DNA of 63,777 bases, counting the filler, from Octopus bimaculoides (Eukaryota), in the NCBI RefSeq assembly GCF_001194135.2. It is 4 parts of 4 records of this genome, joined end to end, with 100 filler letters (N's around TTAATTAATTAA, not from the genome) between each part and the next. Parts side by side here need not be neighbours in the genome. Positions count along the whole stretch, not along the records: positions 12,981 to 30,951 come from NC_068987.1; positions 31,052 to 61,177 come from NC_069005.1; 2 more parts are not named here. One strand, 5' to 3'. The position numbers were made by a program, and so were the translations under genes. Numbering within the stretch: position 1 is the first letter of the stretch; each line of letters starts with the position of its first letter. This document shows, one piece after another, positions 26,445-37,400 of this stretch. The notes beneath the pieces are model-generated. The model worked only from the letters and a program-made list of their open reading frames with translations. It was not told where the DNA came from and did not search any database.

Positions 26445-27012
26445 TATACACGTACAGATATGAAGTAATGTGTGTATTTCTTTGATTGCTTGATTTTGTG
26501 TATCTTCCTGTAATCGTATCTGTGTGGGTTTGTATGAACAATTGCCTATATGTGTGATCGTTGATGTGTGTATGTTGTTTGCGTACGTGTGCAGGTATTT
26601 TGAATCAATCGTGTATTTGGAAAATATTAAATCAACCAATGAAAAACTGCTACAATCATCAATAAATAATCCGGCACTCATCAGAGAGAACCCTCTCTCT
26701 CTAAATCACCTACACAACCCCTTGGCCTACGCTCTTTTACAGATGGCTCGATTAATACCTGGAAACTCTTTGACAATATTGAATTTGACACCGTTTGCAT
26801 TGACAGCTTTTTTCGTAATATCTTCAAATTCTATAGCTGCTTATCAATATATAATGACGCTGTTTGTATATTTGGTGGAATATTCATCAGTTTTATCTTT
26901 GTTATATATATTTTGTGACATGTTTATCGACCAAAGTTTCATTTCAAAAATTATCATTATTATTATTATTATTATTATTAATATCATCATCATCACCACC
27001 CCCACCACCACC

Positions 27013-27046
<34 letters not shown>

Positions 27047-27236
27047 TCCTTATTATTATTATTATTATTATTATCATTATTATTATTATTATTATTATAA
27101 TGCTCTGATATTTAGATCTACTCTCTTCACTTCGCACTTGTGGCAATTTTATTTTCATTGTGGAATATATTTTCTTGCTTTTTGTACGTATGCATATATG
27201 TATATATACATATGTATACATACATACACCCATACA

Positions 27237-27272
<36 letters not shown>

Positions 27273-28581
27273 TATATAAATAAAATTAATACACGGTATA
27301 TGGATTTAACTACTCCAGTGGTACTCGCAATAAAGCTCCTTTAGCGGTTGAAGCTGAAAATAGAAGTGTAAACCTAAACAGAGGGGTGTATAGACCAATG
27401 TAGTTGAAATCCAGTTAACCCAATAATTAATGATTATTTCATAAGTATAAGAAATATAAAGAAAGAGAAGCGGCATGAGATGAACATATTTATTTAACTA
27501 GTTGATCGTCATCATATGGATATGAACTAGTGAAACAAATAAACATACTCATCTCATACCACCTCTTTTCTCTATATTTTATACACACACGTACACACAC
27601 ATACACACATATATACACATACATACACACACACACACATTCACGCGCACATGAAATAACGATGGTCGCTAGTCGAAATTTAAAATCAGAAAGGAAAAAT
27701 TCAATTATGACTATTAGTGAGTGAGAGTGTAGGGTAGCACTTCTGTTGCTAGAAAGAAGAGTCAAAGACCCTTATAGCCACAAAAGGCACACTGTCTATG
27801 TACTGACAGTGGAGGAAACTGCTCCCCAGCAAGCAAGGTGACTATACAAGCAATTTAGTTTCACTTGGAATCTTCATCAGTTGATGATGGATAAGCTAAA
27901 TCCTACCTGTCAGTAAGACATGCATAAGGGCCGCAATCGACGCATGACCCTTAGTCGACAACAGTACCGGTGAGGTTGTTTCAATGCAGTGGTACGTCTA
28001 TCAAACGGTATGGTAGGTGTCCCAAGGCGAGTTCAGCGTGGCTGGAAACTACGTGTGGAGCAAAAGAATAAAAGCTCCCTCGATCTTGATTTTCAGTTCA
28101 TATATATATATGTTTTCGTCCTAATTTTGGGACTGCCATGTTGGCTTGGCGATAACTATTAATTTCCAGTACCGCTGCCGTAGTCTCCTTTAGAGAGACT
28201 TAGAAATATTAATAACTCTATTATATATATATATATATATATCGATCAAAACAGTTTGATTCAAATTCGTGGATACTCTTGAGTTTCAATTTCACCACGC
28301 TTGAAACACAAGAGAACCAACGAATTTGAATCAAACTGTTTTGATCCATACATGTAACTTCAAATATATTTGTTGAGTGCCCTTCTTTCGTTTGTCTACT
28401 CACTAGAGCACAAGTCCTTAGATGTAATCCTGCGTAGATCCATGAGCGTACGTCCTTACGTCCTTAGGTGCAATCCTGCGTTGATCTATGTGGGTTGGAA
28501 TCCTGATATAGTAGACATCCAGAGAAAACTGACAGAATGGTAGCAGAGGTGGCTATTAAGTGGTAAAAGGAAAGAAAGGAA

Positions 28582-28637
<56 letters not shown>

Positions 28638-28639
<2 letters not shown>

Positions 28640-28785
28640 TCTAAAAATACCTTAGGAATGAGCACCCAGGTTCGAAATTTCCCGAAGACACCTGATGAAG
28701 GGTGGAGGATATATCAGTCGAAACGTTGTGTTATCAACAAACAAGATGAGGACAAATATCCGTCAAATGGAAATAATGTAAATGA
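28638..28785 (+). mobile_element. Penelope-like element terminal fragment containing a minimal hammerhead-like motif
   Basis: CTGATGA..GAAAC core with flanking helix I (GACAC/GTGTT), set between (TAA)n and (TA)n(TG)n tracts. Confidence 0.5.
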
Positions 28786-28792
28786 TATATAC

Positions 28793-28848
<56 letters not shown>

Positions 28849-30189
28849 TATTTATTAGCAGTTTGATTTGATATCTGTGAGCCTACATAGGTAGATTCGT
28901 TTGACGAGCAAACAAAATTCAAAATACAAGGAGCCGAATCAAGCAGTTATGAAATAATTTATAAGTCAATGCCAATTTCTTTCGTTCGGCCAATCAATTG
29001 TTCGTACACGCACATATGCATGTATACATATATACACATATATAATGTATGTGTGTGTTTGTTTTGTGCGTATGTGTGTGGACGTTTAAATTTCTTGAAT
29101 CTGTACATATCGATATATAATACACACATGCACACACACACATATACATACACATACGCACACACACACACATACACAGACGCACCTTTGTATATATAAT
29201 TATATTTATTTAATTGTATGTGAAACAACGTAAAATGTATTATTAGACTCATGTGTTAGAAGTGTACTATTTATTTGGCATATGCATCGCAAACAGGGTT
29301 GCACAATCGGTCTACTGTTTCGTTCACTCACTCTTAGAATCCACTGTATACTACAAAGTATAGAGAAATAACAGTTAAGGATTTTATAATTGCGTTTGTT
29401 ACTGTAGCAGATAATCACATTGTTTCTAATCAAAACATATTGAAGGCGGCACTCCAGCATGGCCGCAATAGATGATTGAAACAAGTAAAAGAGTAAAAGA
29501 ATCAGAGGATCATACGTAAACTGTGTCTATGTTGAAATTCTTAGGAAATAAGCTGGAGTTGTGCCGGGATATCAAAATAAGTACAGTCTGGGGTTGAAAT
29601 TATTAATTCTAATTACATTCTTAATGAATTTTATGTTAAACAAGGAGGTTAACTCCCAAATACAACTTCATTGAAAATTGAAGATGCTGATGCAATATAA
29701 AGAGTACAGTCTTTGTAAATCTACTCACGTCTCTGTACATATGTTTATTATGACGCCTCCTCACTGAAATAGTTCTCATCTTACCAAATACAGAATGACT
29801 TAGAGAAGGTGTAAGTTCTTAGTTCTTAATACTTAGTACATATTCTTAACAGACTCACTAGTTAGATAGCATAAAATAATGACGCGAAAGCGTATTCGAG
29901 GGGTACCTTCTGCAAGAAGAGCATATAGTATGTGTGATAAGATAGTATACGTACTGTACCAAGACGATAAACAAAACAAAACAAAATAAAAACAAAGCAT
30001 TGTAATCAATTTTAATATTCTACCTTGGTTGAAAGGTAGAAATATTTAGTGTAAATGGTGATTTCTATGTTATATACTCAATTCTTTATCTCTTGATCCT
30101 TAAATAGATTTAGAATTCTTTGCATTGGCATTCAATCATTGGTGATACGGAGGTCAATCTATAATTTCCTGTGATGCGTGTTGAATAAC

Positions 30190-30260
30190 GAATAGCGCGA
30201 AGGGCCACGTGACTACCTGCTTGTGCGCTGTAAACAAATTTAAAACCAATCAGATAGCAT
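30190..30260. promoter_or_regulatory. Candidate promoter: E-box (GGCCACGTGAC) plus NF-Y box (AACCAATCAG)
   Basis: CACGTG at 30206-30211 and CCAAT at 30246-30250 in unique CpG-containing sequence. No transcript evidence. Confidence 0.3.
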
Positions 30261-30951
30261 CAGTCTTTATTTTTTCTGAATATGCTGATAATCACTGTCG
30301 TTTAAAATGCCATATACGTGAGGGCGCATGATAATGTTTACNNNNNNNNNNNNNNNNNNNNNNNNNNNNNNNNNNNNNNNNNNNNNNNNNNNNNNNNNNN
30401 NNNNNNNNNNNNNNNTAAATTTGGGAATGGATAAATAAAATTTACATTGCTCTTTGATGTAGTGGCAAGTGAATGTTTAGACGTTCAAAGTTATCTATTT
30501 CTAAATGGAAAGCTTGCAATTTTATTTTGTTGTTGATTATATTTTAAGTTTTAAGGCTTTCATTTATGTACGTTTTCGTAGCATTTCTACATAGTTTCAA
30601 GTATATTGCTCTGTGTTTAGTTTGTGTGATTTTTTTAATCTTTTTCAGCAAATAGGTGCCTGCAGATAAATTCTCTAATAGATTTCATCAGTTCATTTAA
30701 ATGTTGTGAGACAATTAGTGTTGTGTCTAAATATGCTTCTTTTAATGATCTAATAAGATAAATTTCAAAATTGTTCGCATATTTTGACCCAAAGAGTAAA
30801 TATCTCATAGAAATTGTAAACTCTTGAGAACGATAGGTTTTATGGCTTTTTTCCTTGGTGATTCATACAGACGTCTTTGTGGCTTATTATATTCTTGGTA
30901 CAACAAATTTGCGGGACATTGGCCAGGTTCAGGTTTCGAACACGTTTGTAT

Positions 30952-31051
30952 NNNNNNNNNNNNNNNNNNNNNNNNNNNNNNNNNNNNNNNNNNNNTTAAT
31001 TAATTAANNNNNNNNNNNNNNNNNNNNNNNNNNNNNNNNNNNNNNNNNNNN
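30952..31051. other. Artificial scaffold linker, 44N-TTAATTAATTAA-44N
   Basis: Same structure as 12881-12980. Confidence 0.95.
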
Positions 31052-31189
31052 ATATATATATATATATATATATATGAGAAAGGCTCTTTCGAGTTTCCAT
31101 CTACCAAATCTACTCACAAGGTTCTGGTACCCCCAATCTACGAACAGACATCACCACAAACAACAACAACACCAAAACGACCAACTTAC

Positions 31190-31490
31190 TCTCGTCACTG
31201 TCTTCACTCTTATCTGCTTTCTCGTCTTTGTCTTTCTTCTTATTCTTCTGCTCTTTGATACTCTCCAATTTCAGTCGAGATTTCCGAAGTTCCTCAGAGT
31301 CACCAAACGGCTCTCGCATGTAACGCGACTCAACACCATGAGCTATCTGCAGCAAAGCCTTCGCGAGACTTTTAACGACATTATCAATGTTTCCATCACC
31401 ACTTTCTCCACCACTTTCCTGATCCGGCGCAGGTTTCTCGCTCTTTAAGTTACCTTCCACCTTAGCACGCCACTGGAGACGATCTTTTAC
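31190..31490 (-). CDS. BAZ1A: BAZ1A exon (VKDRLQWRAKVEG...LAKALLQIAHGVESRYMREPF...EDSDE), last exon visible
   Basis: tgttttccag|GTA ... GAG A|gtaagt; 301 nt, phase 0 to 1. Confidence 0.92.
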
Positions 31491-34400
31491 CTGGAAAACA
31501 CAAGAAAATCACATTTATGAATTTCTGTTGCAAGATTCCAGATGTGAAGCCATGATGATACAGATATTGTTATATTTTTGGAAGGTAACCCCTCCCCTCA
31601 AATAAACACATGCACTATATATTCATGCTTCAATCGTTCATTACTGTTCTTATTTTGACTGATGTCCGCTGACCAGAAATCTTTCATCACATATCTGTTC
31701 TTGAATGAACAGAATGGACTAAGCAGAGCAAGTGGATACACGAGGACAGAAAGTGTCGCTGAAGAGGTCACAGATGTGTGACAAAAGATTTCCAGGCAAT
31801 GGACTTCAGTTAAAATAAGAACAGTAATAAACAAGCGAAGAGCAAATATAGTGTGTGTGTGTGTGTGTGTGTGTGTTTATTTAGCAAGAAACAAAAAAAC
31901 ATCCTGAATTAGAACAATAGAAGAAAATTAGATAATGAAATAAATGGAAAAAAACTACACAAACAATACAGCATTTTTTTTTATCTCTATATAAGGAATA
32001 CCTTATTTCATTTTGACTTACATCTTTTTTTAATTTTTGTTAACCTTTTAGTATACAAATTACTCTGTTAAATGTAATTCTTTTTCCATTCAAATTGTTT
32101 TGAATTAATCATGCATTATGTTATAGCTTTGAGGTTTCAATGATGTGATTGTTTATTTTTAGGATGTCAATGTAGGTTAGGTGTGAGAGGCTAGATATGG
32201 TTAGTTTGAATGCCAAATACGTAAAATATTTGGGCCAAATAAGGCCAGCTTAGACACTAAGAAATTGATGGGAAAAAAATAAACACCAACTTCACTCAAT
32301 TGATCCGACTTTAATGTTGGTCTCAAGCTTCTTAATCACACAGCCATACAATGCCACACCAGGGTCTAAATCTAGTTTAATTCTTTAAAACCAGCCACAT
32401 CCATCCGAAATATTCTACCTGTTTTGTGTTCAAACTGGCTAGATCTGGTTTCTCAATTCTACTTTACAATGTCATTCCAAAAAATCAACAGTTGCCTCAT
32501 CAAAATCTCAAAGCTCTGAGATAATGCATGATCAATACAAAACAATATGAACAAATAAGAGTAATACGAATGCTAAAGGGTTTTAAAAAGGATGGGGTGG
32601 GGTAGGGTAAGGGAAACAACTTCAGAACTAAATTGGTTTAATAGATAATGGTTTCAAATTTTGGCGCAAGGCCAGCAATTTTAAGGGAGAGGTAATTCAA
32701 TTACATTGACCCCAGTGTTTAACTGGTATTTATTTTATCAACACCAAAAGGATAAAAGGCAAATTCAACTCTGGTGTCATTTGAACTCAGAACGTAAAGG
32801 ACAAAATGTTGCTGAGCATTTTGCACCACGTATTAACAATTCTGCCAGCTCACTGCCTTTAAATTGGTTTTAATGGATAATGCAACCGGGGAAAGAAGAG
32901 CAAATGATTATGGTAAGCCCTTCCTCTACAACTCATTTTCTAACACCCATTCTTCTGTGATACCCTACTTCCTTCCTTTGCTTCCCCCCTCCACAAAACT
33001 GATATCCTTTCTACCCAACTCATCCCCTGTCACACTATTCTCACCCTCGCACACATACCTACACTCCCACCTTTCCTCTTCCTCTATCCAATGCTGTTTC
33101 TGGTATTCAGTTGGTACCTCTCTCTCTCATGTGAAGGCACATAGCTCAGTGGTTAGCTCCAACCACTGAGCCATGCACCTTTGATGATGACGACAGTGAA
33201 AACTCCTGATATACTTAAATCTCATGGGACCGCCTTACTAAAATCTCACCATTACTGCAGTTACTCCATGCGGAAGACATCCTTGGATATTTCCCCTTCA
33301 CCAATAACACTTACTCTCTATCCTTCATCACTATTATTCTGCCACAGTTTACACTTCTTCACCATATTCTACATTCAATGCTAGGTTGCCTCCCTTTTGC
33401 TGTTGGACTGTCATCTACAATCAATCAGTTCCCCTATCTTTCTTGTATCACAGAGCAGTTTCATGCAAAGCAATTCCTCCATGGACTGGGGAGGATCACA
33501 CACATAACAAAATACAACATGCATAATATATAAATAATATATAGTATATAAATCTAATTATTATTTAAATATATGCATAATCCAAAAACACCCTGTAGAC
33601 TATAATGGTCAATGAAGTAGAAATGAAATGATAAAATTTATTCTTTCTCACGAATTCCATAGGATTGTCAACAACAGCAAAAATATTTTCCATAAAACTA
33701 ACTTTGCTGTTAGTTTGTCATAGAATAACTTCGGAAATGTGAAATTTTCCATAAAATTAACTCTGCTTAAGTTTACTGTAGGTAATGTGCACCACTGTAC
33801 ATTTTAGGAAGAAAAATCTGGGATTTACCTACTCCCTCCACAACACCCAAGATGAAGAGGTCTGCTGGTGAACATAACAACCTAGGCATTGTCAACCCTG
33901 TAGTGTGTTGGATGAACCACATTTCTAAAATTGTCAAAAAAAGATGTAGCATTGCTCAAGATGACCTCTGTCGGTCACTCACCAGCTATCTATGGCTGTA
34001 GTTTGCATTCCCAGTTTGAAACTTTTATGTCGTCCAGAATGTCAGTTAACAGGAAGGTATCCAGACATGCAACCATATGAATACTCGTTGTCAGTCACGA
34101 CATCTTGAACATCTTGCTTTTCTGGGCATCAACAGCTTCAAAGTGTAGCAGCTGATTTAATAAAAGCCCACAAGATTATCCACCATCTTTCCAACAACAA
34201 CTTTTGCCATCTTCTTGAATCCAACACCTCTACCGCCTATGGAACATGCTTACAAAACTTGAAAAGAAAACACACAATCAATAATATTGTCCTAAGTAGA
34301 CTTATCTCTGAATAAAAAATGGGAAGGAGGAATTTTGTTTCAATCATAGGTTTGTACCTCTAGACAGTTACTCAACATGTTAGAAATAGCAGAATGATGC

Positions 34401-37400
34401 TGAGGATGATGATGATGACTGGCATTAGGAAGGGCGTCCAACTATAGAAACCATGTCAAAACAGCTCCCAGTCTTACCAGCTCTGGTCAAGCTGCCCAAC
34501 CCATGCCAACATAAAAACGGACATTCACCCTTTAGCATTTAAACCAGCCATATCCAGCCTCTCACGCCCACCCTACAATGTCATTCTAAAAACAAAACAA
34601 TCACATCATCGAAATCTCAAAGCTATAAGATAATGCATGCTTAATTAGAAAAAAAAAGATTTAAATGAATGAGCTTTACATTTCACAGAGTAATCTGAAT
34701 GCTAAAGAGTTAAATCAGTGGTCCCCAAAACATTTTCATCTCCCACCCCGATGGGTACCCAGGATGCATTCCTAGTGTTCCACCACCATTCACTACCACC
34801 ACAAACATAGAACACTTTCAGCAACAAATTCAAAATAACTGTATTTCACAAATAAAACTTAACCTAAACAACCCATTATTTTGTTTGCCTTTACATCCAT
34901 CACCTCGTTTTGACCACACCATTATCTCCCTACTTTTCTTCAACGCCACCCCGCCTGGGCAGGAGGGGTCAGTACCACCCAATTTGGGAACCACTGGGGA
35001 TGATAATAATGATGATGATGAAATCAAAAAGGGCCACACTTACCTTCACGGATCCAAGACCGCCAACATATATTCTCTCCTCTAAATCCAAAAGTAAATC
35101 CCGCAAGTTCAACTCCAGGATTTCTTTGGCGCTGCTCGTCTCCTCAGAGTCCTTACTGCCATTTTTGCTTTTATCTTTTTTCATCCTCTGCTCTACATCC
35201 TCCGGATCTTCAAAAGGACAATTGCCAATCGATTCCTGAATCCGATCGCTGTTTTCCAGCAGGATCTGTTTCAGGAGTCCCTCTCGGAAGCCACGAGAAT
35301 TTAAAGAATCCATAAGTTGGTTGAACTGTTCGGGCGACTTTATGTACGTCCAATGAACACGTTCTCTGTTTATAATTTTTTGTACAAACTCACTGTCCAA
35401 ATACGCGGGTCTTTCATCTTCGTCCTCGTCGTCATCGTCATCATACTCTTCGTCATCGTCCTCCTCAGATTTGTCCATGCTGTCATCAGTCATGTCAGTC
35501 AAATCTATCACCCCGTTGCTACCCTTTTTCTCTGAAGGGGCTTCCTGTTTGTCTGTTTCCATCGGTTCAGTTTTAGTAGTTTCAGGACTGGGAGTCTCAG
35601 ACTCATGCTTAGTCGTCCCCTCTTCTGTTGCCTTGTTTCCTCCTTCTTTGCTATCGCCCTCCTTCTCTCCGTTACCCTTTTTCTCACCATCAACCTCTTT
35701 CTCCCCATCACCTCCTTTCTCCCCATCACCCCCTTTCTCTCCATCACCTCCTTTCTCCCCACCACCTTCCTTCTCCTCGTCACCTTCCTTCTCCACACCA
35801 CCATCTTCCTCCTTATCTTTCTCATCATCTACATCATCATCATCGTCGTCGTCATTTTTAGAATTGGGCAGCAATTCTGATGGGACCGTTTCGTCGTTGT
35901 CCTCGACGAACAGTCCTGGTAATGAGCTGAAGGTCCAGTAACGCCGGTACATGCGGTCACGACCGAGAGGGTATACAGCATTGCCCTGCTGGAGTTTAGC
36001 AATTGAATTTAGAAAGTCTTTCTCCTTCTCCAAGTTTTCGCTCTTTTTCTTGGCATCGAGCTGTTCCCGTTTCTGCCAGTAAGCATCCTTTTCTTCAGGT
36101 GTTAGTTCCTGTTCATTGATTTTCTCGAGGTCTTCGAGCTTATTGAATTTGTCGATTTGTACAAGGCGACTGCGTGACGTCTTTTTATCAGGTTTTTCTT
36201 TCTCCCTAAAATAGAAGAAAACAAAAATGATTTTCAAAAAAACTAAAAACCCAGGAATATTACTTAACAAAGGCATACATGAAACAACTCAACTTTAGAT
36301 CTTTCATTACATGATATTAGTTTTTTTTACTCTCGGTTCCACAATGAAATCACAGCATACCTACAAGTGTGTCAGCCCTTGACCTAAATATTTTCTCATA
36401 ACTTTTAGAAAATTGGGCATTTTGTAACCCTTTAGCATTCAAACCAGTCATATCCTGTCCAGATGTTCCAACTGCTTTATGTTCAAACTGGCCAGATCCA
36501 GCCTCTCATACATACCCTATAATGTCATTCTAAAAGTAAACAATCACATCACTGAAATCTCAAAGCTATGAAATAATGCATGGTTTATACAAGGCAATAT
36601 GAGTAAATTAAGTACTAAATTTGACAGAGTAACAAAAACACCATTTTGAGCAGGAATCTAGCAGTGACTGCTGCTGTTGGATACAAGATAACATTTCACG
36701 TGATACAAGACAATATCAACCACACAGTATTTGTGTCAACACTAGGTGAAGATGTGGCAGAGTTATAAGCACAGGCATGGCTGCATGGTTAGAAGTTTGC
36801 TTCCCAACCACATGCTTCCAGGTTCAGTCCCACTGCATGGTACCTTGGGCAAGTGTCTTCTACTATAGCCTCAGACCAACAAAAACCTTGCATGTAGATT
36901 TGGAAGAGAAACTGAAAGAAGCCCATCATGTGTGTGTCTTCCATCACCACTTGACAACTGGTGTTGGTCTGTTTACGTCCCCATAACTTAGCAGTTCAGC
37001 AAAAGAAACTGATAGAATAAGTACCAGGCTTAAGAATTAAGTCATGGGGTCAATTTGTTCAACTAAAAACCCTTTGAGGTGGTGCTCCAGCACAGCCGCA
37101 ATCAAATGACTGAAATAAGTAAAACAATAAAAGAAAAAGCCACCAAGTTTCCCCCAAAATCATACTTGCCAATCTACAGAAAAAAAAATAAAGAGGCAAG
37201 GATGCATAGGGGAGGGTACAGACCTCACTATACACCCTGTGAAACATCGTTTGATTATAAATTCATTAAATCAACTGAATGCTGGGGTGGGGTGTGGGTG
37301 ACCAAACGAAGACAACATCACCAGTTGTGAAGGTCATCATCATCATTTAACATACATTTCCACTCTGGTGTGAGTTGGATTGTTTTGACAGGATTCAATG

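Noticed and set aside
17442-26541. Long ORFs of 190-350 aa in the track
   Set aside because: Their length comes from N gaps translated as X.
35317-35941. Plus-strand and alternate-frame ORFs over the big BAZ1A exon
   Set aside because: They are shadow frames of a low-complexity coding repeat, with no independent signals.
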